Notes under the pieces: generated by a model
Told to the model about the DNA's origin: nothing
The model's database searches: none
Seen by the model: the letters and a program-made list of their open reading frames with translations, nothing else
Assembly (NCBI RefSeq): GCF_002105155.1
Contig: NW_019029016.1
Location: 186,001-250,000, forward strand
Direction of reading: 5' to 3'
DNA: 64,000 nucleotides
From: Lobosporangium transversale
Lineage: Eukaryota
Part shown: positions 10,678 through 19,717 of the stretch, piece by piece
How positions within the stretch are numbered: position 1 is the stretch's first letter
Layout of the letters: every line of letters starts with the position of its first letter
Position numbers and translations under genes: made by a program

Positions 10678-11388
10678 ATATATCACGACCGCCTTATTTA
10701 TACCCACCTCAGTATCCATAACAGTAACAATCACAATAAGAGTAATAGCAATAACCATAAAAAAAAAAAAAAAAAAAAAAAAAAATTAACAATCATACAA
10801 ATCAACAATCGCAAAGCTTTATTTCTTCTCTTTACGGTTGCTATTTCTACTTGAAGTAGGACGCAGATTGTATCTCCTTGACCGTCCTACTTGCTTCTGC
10901 AAATCCTCCACCTGCTTGGTCAGATTTGCAATTATCTCTCCTTGCTCACGCACCATCTTGTAAAGAGCTACGATGTCCAAGACCATCGTGTCTACTTCCT
11001 CCAATACTTTACGGCGCTGATGATGCTGCGCACGTTCAGATTCTCCATCATCCTCCTCACCGCGCTTCCGCACACCAAGCGAAGTCCCTGTGGATGACTC
11101 GGTCACAATGATCTGGAAGTGCTACAAAGGACGCACTATCCTCATTATCAGAGTAGCCATGGTCCATATGTGTGACCTCTTTTTATTCCTTCTGACCGAG
11201 AAAAAACTAAAAATAAAATAAATAAAATCTAGCGTTCGCTCTGATCTACTCTCTATCTAGTAACGAGTGAAAAGAAAAGGGAGGTGTGGGAGGGACATAT
11301 GTCCCATGGCTACGAGGATAATGAGGATAGTGCGTCCTTCGTAGCACTTCCAGATCATTATCAGAGTAGCCATGGTCCATATGTGACT

Positions 11389-13881
11389 TCAGAGCGAACC
11401 AAAAACCGATGTCGTCAAATTTGAATGGGTTTTGCGGGAAACACGGTAGTGTTTGTTGAAAACCTTGTCAGACGACCAACTCCCTTGAACCATGATATCT
11501 TGGGTTGATACGCCAGCGATGGCTGCCAAGGTTGATCCTATAGCGCGTGGCTTTGGAGGAGGCCGTTTCGACGGAAGATTTGGAATCCGACGTGTGATTT
11601 CATTCATAAAAGTGCCTATGGTACTGACCCTAAGGACTTTGGACTTGTCTTTCACAAAACGCATAAGAGGATTGAATTTATAATCCTGATCTTTGTGGTG
11701 CTCGATTTCGAGAGGTGTGTCCGCTATCCGTCTGGTGTATTCTGTATAGGCCTCGACTGGGCAAATTTTCTTGTCGTTAGGGTGTCTACCTACGAAGATC
11801 GACTTTATGATGCGCTGCCCATCGCGTCGCTCCTTAGGGAAGACTATGGTAAGGAGAAGACCCTTTTCATTGGTCTCTGACTTTGACACATCAATGCAAC
11901 CGATATCATCTGGCCGGAGAAACGCACAAACGCCTAAGAGCCAGCAGAGCTTGCGAGAGAGCTTAGGCATATCAAGATCCACATTGTCCTCCATGCGGAA
12001 GTATGAAAGGATGGGTGAAATGTCGAGTGCGGATACGTGCTCCATTTGAAATACGCCAGTACTTTTCATTGCTGCCATGAACCGCTGAAAGTAGATATTG
12101 CCTGTGATCACGGATGTGTCGTCGTAAAGCTTTAAGATGGCTGATTTTTTGTTAAGAGTGGTATTCCTACTCCAAGAATAGATAATCCGCGCATGGCATA
12201 AATAGTTAACTACAGCAATTGCATTTGGCGTACTAGGGTCGAAGCCTTCTTGTTGAGCCCATACTGCGAAAGCCTCTTGAGTTGGCAGATATTGTCGACG
12301 TGTTTTGCTGTTGGCACCTGCTGAATCTAGTAGAGTGATAGCGGATGGTGAGAGTCCTGCATCTAGATCTTTACGTCGCCTCTTATTCTCCATGCTGTCA
12401 ATGACCAGAGTGGATTCTTGCTGAGGAGATCGCTTGCGCTTCCGACGGCTGGTAGGACTGCTTCCCGAGGGATCGGGATTGGTGGTGCTACTGCCATCTC
12501 CTTGATGGTTGGGAACCATATTGCACTCGGCCACCATGGGGTTATTACTGTTGCTGTCAGTTTCTGGGTCTGTATCCTCTCCAAGATGATTGATAGAAGA
12601 TTCCATGGGGGGCAAATGTAAAGGTTGCCCATCTCTGTCCAGTTGTGTTGAAGGGCGTCTATCTTCAGAGCATCTGGATGGAATTTCCATGAGACAAATG
12701 TCGGTAGCTGTTTGTTCTGTGCCGACGCAAATAGGTCCACCTGATGTGGCCCCCATTGGTGTTCCAGTTGTTGAAAGAATGGGCGACTGATCCTCCATTC
12801 CAATTGCGATATCATTCGCCGTGACGGTGCATCCGCTGGGTTGAATGCAGATGGGATGTATGTCGTCCGAAGTCGAGTCCCCGTTGCTAGGCAGTGACGC
12901 CATAACGTGTCCGCTAGTCTCATTAGTTCCGGAGACCTCGTCCCTCCGAACCTGTTGATGTGTGCAATCGTTGTCGTGTTGTCGCATATGATGTTGATCA
13001 TTTTGCCCTGTGTTATTGGTAGTTGAACAGCTCGAAGAACTGTCTGTAGTTCCTTCCAGTTGATGTGGTGGTCTTTCTCTTGTGGAGTCCATTTGCCACT
13101 CCATGTTTGATTGTTGATCACGATCCCCCATCCGGTGTCCGATGCATCCGTGTATATGTCCATTTGTGTCTGTTGTTGAATCCATGACAGACCATTCCAT
13201 GACGTCAATTGCTCCTTCCACCATTGAAGGTTCTCCTTGGCTGGTTCCGTGAGGGTGACCGTGTCCGACCAAGAAGCTCCCTTGGCTTTTAGTGCTGTGT
13301 TCTTGAGGTGAAGCAGATTCCGTGTCATGAATCGCGCTGGGAACACTGCCATAGATGTTGCCATTGCTTTCCCGACGAACGAAGAAAGTTCCCTTAAAGA
13401 AGTGGCGCCTTTTCGTAGTAGCTTTCCTGCCTCGCGCCGTATGTCCCTGACTTTGGATTTCGGAACTGTGACAGTCATATCCCGGGAGTTGATGGTGAAG
13501 CCTAAATGGTCTATTTTCTGTGACGGGATCAACGTAGACTTGGCTTCCTTGATGAGGAATCCTAGCGCTGCCAACTTGTCTTGCACTAGTTGAGTGAACT
13601 GAATTGATTGTTCTTTGTTCTTGGCTAGGATTATCAAATCGTCTAGGTACGCTGATATGCGAATTCCTCGTCGTCGTGCCCATTTGAGGAAAGGCTTGAG
13701 AACTTTGGTGAACACTAGCGGAGAGAGTGAGAGCCCGAAGGGAAGTGTACGGAATTGAAATTTCCGGTTCTTCCATTGGAACTCTAGATAATGACGATAA
13801 TCTGGATGGATTAGTACGTGAAGAAATGCGTCTGATAGGTCGATGCTTGTCATAAAGTCGTTCTTCTGTAACATTGCGCAT
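11389..13881 (-). CDS. DIRS tyrosine recombinase (C-terminal ~330 aa); frame continues to ATG 15686 once the solo LTR is removed
   Basis: FLRPDDI, CPV, PKPRAIGST, GSWSS, FNKHYR. Confidence 0.88.
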   Translation of the reverse strand: MRNVTEERLYDKHRPIRRISSRTNPSRLSSLSRVPMEEPEISIPYTSLRALTLSASVHQSSQAFPQMGTTTRNSHISVPRRFDNPSQEQRTINSVHSTSARQVGSARIPHQGSQVYVDPVTENRPFRLHHQLPGYDCHSSEIQSQGHTARGRKATTKRRHFFKGTFFVRRESNGNIYGSVPSAIHDTESASPQEHSTKSQGSFLVGHGHPHGTSQGEPSMVEGAIDVMEWSVMDSTTDTNGHIHGCIGHRMGDRDQQSNMEWQMDSTRERPPHQLEGTTDSSSSCSTTNNTGQNDQHHMRQHDNDCTHQQVRRDEVSGTNETSGHVMASLPSNGDSTSDDIHPICIQPSGCTVTANDIAIGMEDQSPILSTTGTPMGATSGGPICVGTEQTATDICLMEIPSRCSEDRRPSTQLDRDGQPLHLPPMESSINHLGEDTDPETDSNSNNPMVAECNMVPNHQGDGSSTTNPDPSGSSPTSRRKRKRSPQQESTLVIDSMENKRRRKDLDAGLSPSAITLLDSAGANSKTRRQYLPTQEAFAVWAQQEGFDPSTPNAIAVVNYLCHARIIYSWSRNTTLNKKSAILKLYDDTSVITGNIYFQRFMAAMKSTGVFQMEHVSALDISPILSYFRMEDNVDLDMPKLSRKLCWLLGVCAFLRPDDIGCIDVSKSETNEKGLLLTIVFPKERRDGQRIIKSIFVGRHPNDKKICPVEAYTEYTRRIADTPLEIEHHKDQDYKFNPLMRFVKDKSKVLRVSTIGTFMNEITRRIPNLPSKRPPPKPRAIGSTLAAIAGVSTQDIMVQGSWSSDKVFNKHYRVSRKTHSNLTTSVFGSL

Positions 13882-14053
13882 ACTGTCGTCATCGTCTCCA
13901 TTTTGAAGTGCCGCTCTGAGACGTAGGCATTCAACGGTCTTAGATTTAAGACTGGACGAATGTCCCCGGTTTTCTTGGGGATAGTGAATATGCGGCTCTT
14001 GAAACCAGGGCCCGAAGCGACCTCTATTGCTCTTTTGGCTAAGAGTGCGATTA
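12363..14053 (-). CDS. DIRS RT-RNase H-adenine methyltransferase-like ORF; N-terminus (14596..~14880) separated by the solo LTR
   Basis: IDLSDAF, LPFGL, YLDD, TDASD, DNTTT, ADAPSR, VDLFAS, LYICPPW. Confidence 0.92.
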
Positions 14054-14590
14054 TGTCAAGGACTGACAAAGGGTTTGCAAGGAAAGGTAAGTGAATGAAT
14101 AACAAGAATGATAATGAGCTGAGAACTAGAATGGATTCACGAATAGTTTTATTGCAGACTGAGGTTTACTATGTTACAAATCTATCATATTTATACTTGT
14201 TTGACTGAAGCGGAGACGCGCTTCAAGAACTCTAAATAAAGCTTACTCAAATATTTCCTAAGGACTTTTACCATATGCGGAACTTCAAGTGTTGAGTTAA
14301 CTTAATACACAGGATCCGAGGAAGATATCTGGTGCAATCTTATTTCAAGGTTCCTTGGCACTATAAGTCTTGGTTATTGCTTTATAGCTCTTCTAGAATC
14401 CTTGGAGCTATTCACGGAGCTAGAAAACTAGGAGACGCGACTTGGCTTGACAGGCAAACTATGCATGGAGGAATGAGTGAAGGAAATGAGCGGAACAAAT
14501 TAATCAAGCACACGTGATCTTTTTCAGATTCGAATCAGACAAAAGTCATTCATCAATTCATGAGCTAGACATTGCTTGCTGTTCGTGACA
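14054..14590. mobile_element. Solo LTR (537 bp) of an unrelated LTR retrotransposon
   Basis: TGTCA...TGACA termini and 5-bp TSD GATTA (14049-14053, 14591-14595). Absent from copy A2 at the homologous site (~37910). Confidence 0.92.
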
Positions 14591-14772
14591 GATTACCTCT
14601 TGATCGATCGCCTTCTCTTCCTCCGCTGCTACTCGAGCTTGGTACGCTGTTGAACTGGATATCGGTGGCCGTTTGTGGAAAGGGATTTTGAATCCCTCGG
14701 AGACGACCGACTTGACCCATTCGTTGTCGGTTATGAGAGCCCATGCTTCTCTGTAAATCTGTAAACGGCCAC

Positions 14773-15696
14773 CTACTGCTGGCCTGCAGTCTGTGCCTGA
14801 CTTGTCTGGTTGGATTGAGGGGTTTGGTAGCCTCGGCCTCGGCCTCGTCCCCCTCTCCTTGGATTTTGGCCTCGCCCAAAAAAAGAACCATTGTCATTTT
14901 GATAGTGGGCGGTCTGAGTTTGACCCGATGGATGAGATTGGCTAGAATTAGAAGTGGGTCTGTAAGTATTTGCGCTAAAGAAACTCCGGTTTTGAGTCCT
15001 CCTGTTGTATGCCCGTTGTCTTGTCGGGTTAGTAGCCTGACGAACACTCTTTGCCAATTTGCTGGCTTCAATGAAGTCTGAAGTAGAGACAATTGGTGGA
15101 TCAACTGTGTCCTTGGTGACTGAAATTTTGTGCGCTTGGTAAACAAGGTCCTCCCTGTCGCTTGACATTTGCTGTGCAAGGTGTGCAATATGTTCACGCA
15201 TTGTCTGTGCGAGCTGTAAACACGCTTGTGCGACCGCAGGGTCAACTTCGTAGGAAAACATTTCCGTGGCAAATTGATCAAGTGGTCTTGTAAGGTTTGC
15301 CAATCGTGATTGATAGCGTGAGATTGTTTTGTCCATGGAACTGTGGTGAGAGGAAGAGTCGGGCCAGTCAATGAGTGCCGATTTGGGTGCAGAATAGGTT
15401 TGGGTTGTGTTTTTGGCAAAAGGCTGCATCTCTTTAGCCATTTCTGTTGCATATGCAAGATCGTCTGCACGGTTTCCAGATTTATGTTTGAAAAAATCTT
15501 TCCCGTCCATTGCTGGGTAGTGGACGAGAATGGAGTCGTCAGGTGTAATTTCGTAAGCTGGTTCTTTTGGAACCAAGTAGGGGTTCGATCGACTGGATTC
15601 AGAGCTAGTCGAGAGAGCCTCAAGCCGGCTGGTGAGTGTAGCCAGCTGGCTCTGGAGAGAGTGTATAATTGGATCAGAAGTGTCATACTCGCTCAT
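14773..15696 (-). CDS. DIRS gag-like ORF1 (family A)
   Basis: First ORF after the 5' ITR; TRPLD motif shared with families B and D; RG-rich C-terminus. Confidence 0.82.
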   Translation of the reverse strand: MSEYDTSDPIIHSLQSQLATLTSRLEALSTSSESSRSNPYLVPKEPAYEITPDDSILVHYPAMDGKDFFKHKSGNRADDLAYATEMAKEMQPFAKNTTQTYSAPKSALIDWPDSSSHHSSMDKTISRYQSRLANLTRPLDQFATEMFSYEVDPAVAQACLQLAQTMREHIAHLAQQMSSDREDLVYQAHKISVTKDTVDPPIVSTSDFIEASKLAKSVRQATNPTRQRAYNRRTQNRSFFSANTYRPTSNSSQSHPSGQTQTAHYQNDNGSFFGRGQNPRRGGRGRGRGYQTPQSNQTSQAQTAGQQ

Positions 15697-16287
15697 TTGG
15701 AACTTCAATACGCTGGATGTGTTCCTGAGCGAGAAAAAAGAAGATAGAGAGTAGATCAGAGCGAACGCTAGATTTTATTTATTTTATTTTTAGTTTTTTC
15801 TCGGTCAGAAGGAATAAAAAGAGGTCACACATATGGACCATGGCTACGAGGATAATAGACCCACCAATCTCTAGAGACGGCGAGCGATCACGATAACGAG
15901 GATCCCCTCTCTCTCTCCAAAGTGCATGACGGTCGGCTTGTCTGAAGGCAGGATCTCTATCATCGTGCTCAAAACTATTCTCCCCACTAGTGAAAGAAAA
16001 GTGAAGTTCAACAGGTGAACTTGAAGGTGAACTTTGAGGAACATTCTTGGAAGACATTCTGAATATGTGTATAATGGAATTGTTCACAGGAATATGAGTG
16101 TCTTGAAGTTTAGCTGAAAGTGTGAGAATGGCGAAATGAAGAATGAAGGAATGAAAACGAAATGGCAATCAATTTATGCCCACAAGCATCCATTCACATC
16201 CTTTTTCTTCAATTGCCATTAGTCATTTCAAATGGCGTGATGATCAGAACAAATGAACCAATGAATGAATGAGATTTTGGCATGCAT

Positions 16288-16320
<33 letters not shown>

Positions 16321-16349
16321 AACAACAAATGTATTTTGAAAACAACACT

Positions 16350-17036
16350 TTATTCTGCAACTGGTTTAAAGGTTCTACACACATCTAACAACAGTGCTGC
16401 TCTTTCTTGCAAAAGCTTGCTACGAGGCGACTCTACATCAACTGACTCTAATTCAGTGAGAACCTTTCGGAGTTGTCGTTCTGACATCCCCAACGTTGAC
16501 TCTTGACAACTGCTTGACGTTTCTGTCACAACTTCCGTCTCCGTTGCTACTGAAGTGACAGCAACCTGTGCATGTTGTGATGCCTTGGCTGACGCTTCTA
16601 ACCGTTGCCAGTCCGCCTCCTTGACCAACATCAGGTTACGACGTCTCAGTTGCTTGAACAACGATGGCTCATGTACCCAGAATACGTCAAAATTGTCACG
16701 GCTTATAGGTCTACTGTATAAGTCAAGTTTTTGTCCTCCCTCCAGGTAAAGATACTTGCGAGGTCGCACTTCATCCCCATCCTGATAGAGTGGACTCTCT
16801 GTCCGCGCCCTGAAATTGCAGTGTTCACTCTCCAAAAAGAGCTTCTTGATCCTGCGCCCATCCCTGGTAGGACGCTCCCATGGTACATAAGAAAACACTG
16901 GGTCAGCGGGTGGACCATCAGTAGAAGGTGAAGTCTGGCGACTTGCGCTCTTATCACTTTCCAATTCCTCACGAGCGCGTTTTTTGCCAGCAACTTTGCT
17001 GGTGGAAGAAGAGGCAGTGTTGTTGGAGAAAGACAT
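16350..17036 (-). CDS. Antisense accessory ORF2 of the Gypsy element (228 aa, unknown function)
   Basis: Intact ATG-to-stop ORF between pol and the 3' LTR; basic KKRAR motif near the N-terminus. Confidence 0.6.
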   Translation of the reverse strand: MSFSNNTASSSTSKVAGKKRAREELESDKSASRQTSPSTDGPPADPVFSYVPWERPTRDGRRIKKLFLESEHCNFRARTESPLYQDGDEVRPRKYLYLEGGQKLDLYSRPISRDNFDVFWVHEPSLFKQLRRRNLMLVKEADWQRLEASAKASQHAQVAVTSVATETEVVTETSSSCQESTLGMSERQLRKVLTELESVDVESPRSKLLQERAALLLDVCRTFKPVAE

Positions 17037-17348
17037 AATTCAAGCAATGCAAAGAATGATAAAATGAGATTTGAAAGCCTGTTTTGTGTTGAGAAGAGTT
17101 TGAGTGTCAACAATGTTTTAGGAATGAAGGAATGAAAAGCACAATGACCCCCAGTTGATTCTCCTCATTGCTTTTCTCATTACAACTCTCCTTCATCCTG
17201 ATTCGTTCCTGACATTACAAATCTTTTTCTCCACATGATCTGATCCTGGCTGATCTTCAAACCAATCATCATTGCGAGTTATAATCGTGTCCTATAAGTG
17301 CCACTGATTTGAACCAATCTTTGAACCTGATTCATGCATGTGTAAGAA

Positions 17349-17388
<40 letters not shown>

Positions 17389-17438
17389 AGAGAGAGAAAC
17401 ATGATGCTCGGATATTTGAGCAAATTATTTTGTTCCTG

Positions 17439-17472
<34 letters not shown>

Positions 17473-17586
17473 TTTATGCGCTTACATAAAATAAAGAACT
17501 AAGCAATCGCGATCATCCTTCGCGTCCGTTCTCAACCCGCTTGGTGCCTGGAATGTTATGCTTTATTCCTCAATAAAAGAGAAAGT

Positions 17587-17910
17587 TGTTGTATATTTCA
17601 ATATACAAGATAATAACGGCCCAGTTATAAGATTAAGAAAAATACTAAAAACACACTAGGAACATACTAGGGGAATTCCCAAAATTAATACGCTAAGAAA
17701 AATATAATAATAATAACGCGTCACTAGAGACGCGACAAAACACGACATGGTTCCTGAATAATCCCATGTCGCTTCTAGATAGATATGTAGTTACTTGGTA
17801 CGAGTCTCTCTACCAGAAAATGAATAAATACCCCATGGATGTGGTGTGTGGACCCACATCTTATTCTCACTTATCTTAGCTTCTGATAACTACTGTCTAA
17901 ATATTTTTCA
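17587..17910 (+). repeat. 3' LTR (324 bp, TG...CA)
   Basis: TGTTGTATAT...TATTTTTCA, preceded by AAAAGAGAAAG; near-identical to 57711..58035. Confidence 0.93.
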
Positions 17911-19510
17911 GGTCCCTTGTCCTCTTTTTGTGAGGGAGATTGTGGGATTGAAAGAGAGCGAACAGTTGTTCATGTGGAGGTATGCGGGACGGCTGCTGGA
18001 GATCAACTCGGTGGAGTGAGTGCCGTTAGACCAAGGACTTGAGCCTGGCTATCCTTAGAATAGGACAAACACATCCTTGCTGCAAGAGCATCCTACGTCA
18101 AGCAAGCACTACATCGAAGTTCGGCTGCAGTCTTAAACCTTTCTACCTCATTTTTCCTTTCTTCCCCTTTTTCCATCTCCTATTCAAGCAATGCAAGCAG
18201 GGCAGAGCCGATTGGCCTATAAGCCCAGTCATATTCCTTCACCTGTTCTCCTCCTTGTAAGCTCTCTTCAAACCTCCGTCTCACCGGACTTGCCATGCTT
18301 TGATGACCCATTTGGCAGGTGGCGAAGGTCTGACAGATGAACGTATGGGACATATCTTTTTTTTTTCTTTTCAAATGAAGAGTGAAAGATATGTGAAGGT
18401 AAAGTGTGTGAAAGCAAGGAATGTGATAGAAGAAGGTGTAGAGTGGTAAAGTACGCCAAGAGTTCAGGCCCATAATATGTATATACTCTCGCATCGTATA
18501 TTGTTGACATGACCTTTAATAGTGTGTATGGTATACCGTACTCAGAGTAGAGGTCAAATTTTTTTGAGCAAAAATTTTTTGGTGTCGACATTTGCAATGA
18601 AGAGAGCACTACCCTTTATTTTCTCTTTTCATTTACAAATAGGATGCCTCTTTATTTCCACCCGGGGAGCCATATTGGGACCAAAGCCACTCTCTGTAGC
18701 AGTCACTTTGCCTTCATGGCAGTCACATTTCGGCACGTGCAGACACCCTTTCGTTTTAATATGGGTGAATCTATTTGACAACCCGGGTTGTCACTCTTAT
18801 TTGACAACCCCCCCCTAATTTAGCAGTCACACCGGCTTATTTGGCAACCCAGGTCTTCAATTTTCACTTTTTTGTTATTTGACAACCCGGGTTGTCAAGA
18901 AAAGAAGAAAAATTGTCTTTTTCAACCTGTCACATGACAAGTCTTCACCATCTTGCACTTTTGGAGGGCCTTTCTCAGCTGGATTTCTAAAATGGTGGCA
19001 ACACTCCATTATCATGACTGTGGTTATAGCTTCTTCTGTCTCTCTTTTTTTTCCTTTCCGCGTCTTACGCATGCGCCATCAAGCGTCGCATAACCACTCC
19101 GAATTTATGCATGCTTATATATCCAAAAACCCCTTAGTGCATGTTACCCGTATAGGCACATTTTCTATAAAAGCAAACCCTTGTTTTAGAAATCAGTTGT
19201 AATAAAAAAACAACACCTCGTAACCAAAAAAAAAAAGTTTGTTATTTGATGGAAGCTTTTAGATTGCTGGAGGGATTTCATGTTGCTGAGGGATAGCAAT
19301 AGAAACGATTTTCACATAATAATCTTGCCAATAAAAAAGGGTTGTCAAATAATAGTGAGCTTGGGGTTGTCAAATTAGATATTTTACTATTTGGCAACCC
19401 CGGGTTGTCACGCAAAGAAAAAAAATTGAGAAAAATAATTAAGGGGGGGGTTGTCAAATAAGAGTGACAACCCGGGTTGTCAAATAGATTAATTCTTTTA
19501 ATATGTAGGA
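17911..19510 (-). mobile_element. Helitron-like 5' segment, interrupted by a MULE MITE and cut off by the Gypsy LTR
   Basis: Reverse complement of 55738..56595. Homology ends at A|TCCTA(C/T)ATATTAAAACG, a Helitron-type 5' TC terminus. Confidence 0.65.
18763..19495. mobile_element. Mutator-like (MULE) MITE
   Basis: TIRs rich in TTTGACAACCC(GGGTTGTCA) repeats; 9-bp TSD TTTTAATAT at 18754-18762 and 19496-19504. Confidence 0.88.
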
Positions 19511-19717
19511 TAAAATAGTGGTGCAATGAAATAAAAAGTAGAGATGAAGTTACAAAATTTTTTATCTTTGTACGTTGAAAAATACTCTCATTATTTTTTT
19601 TATACTCTCTTTTCTTTAACCACCTCAATACCAGTTTCTTCCATTCATCGCTTTCTTTTCATTGCTGTTTGATCTACACCACTACAACTAAACTTTTGTG
19701 CCGATTAATCGCAACAA

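Larger units (their letters stand above)
11107..15856 (-). mobile_element. DIRS1-like tyrosine-recombinase retrotransposon, family A copy 1
   Basis: Inverted terminal repeats (~11145..11258 vs ~15744..15856), 3' extension, ICR ~11296..11387, AAT at both junctions, gag/RT-RH-MT/YR ORFs. Confidence 0.95.
10819..16057 (-). pseudogene. Antisense accessory ORF1 of the Gypsy element (~163 aa, coiled-coil C-terminus), split by DIRS A1
   Basis: Removing 11107..15856 and keeping one AAT joins ...SLEIGGS-I-VTESSTG... in frame. Confidence 0.7.
6240..17910 (+). mobile_element. Ty3/Gypsy chromovirus LTR retrotransposon, copy 1 (5' LTR truncated; hosts a DIRS insertion)
   Basis: LTR sequence shared by 6240..6442, 17587..17910 and 57711..58035; gag zinc knuckle; PR-RT-RH-IN-chromodomain order; purine tract before 17587. 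Confidence 0.93.

Noticed and set aside
11107..11387. Self-cleaving hammerhead ribozyme in DIRS termini
   Set aside because: No CUGAnGA...GAAA core with the right stems was found; only the simple hairpin is supported.
18039..18818. ORFs duplicated at 55730..56467
   Set aside because: Short, on both strands, no motifs; explained by the repeat itself.
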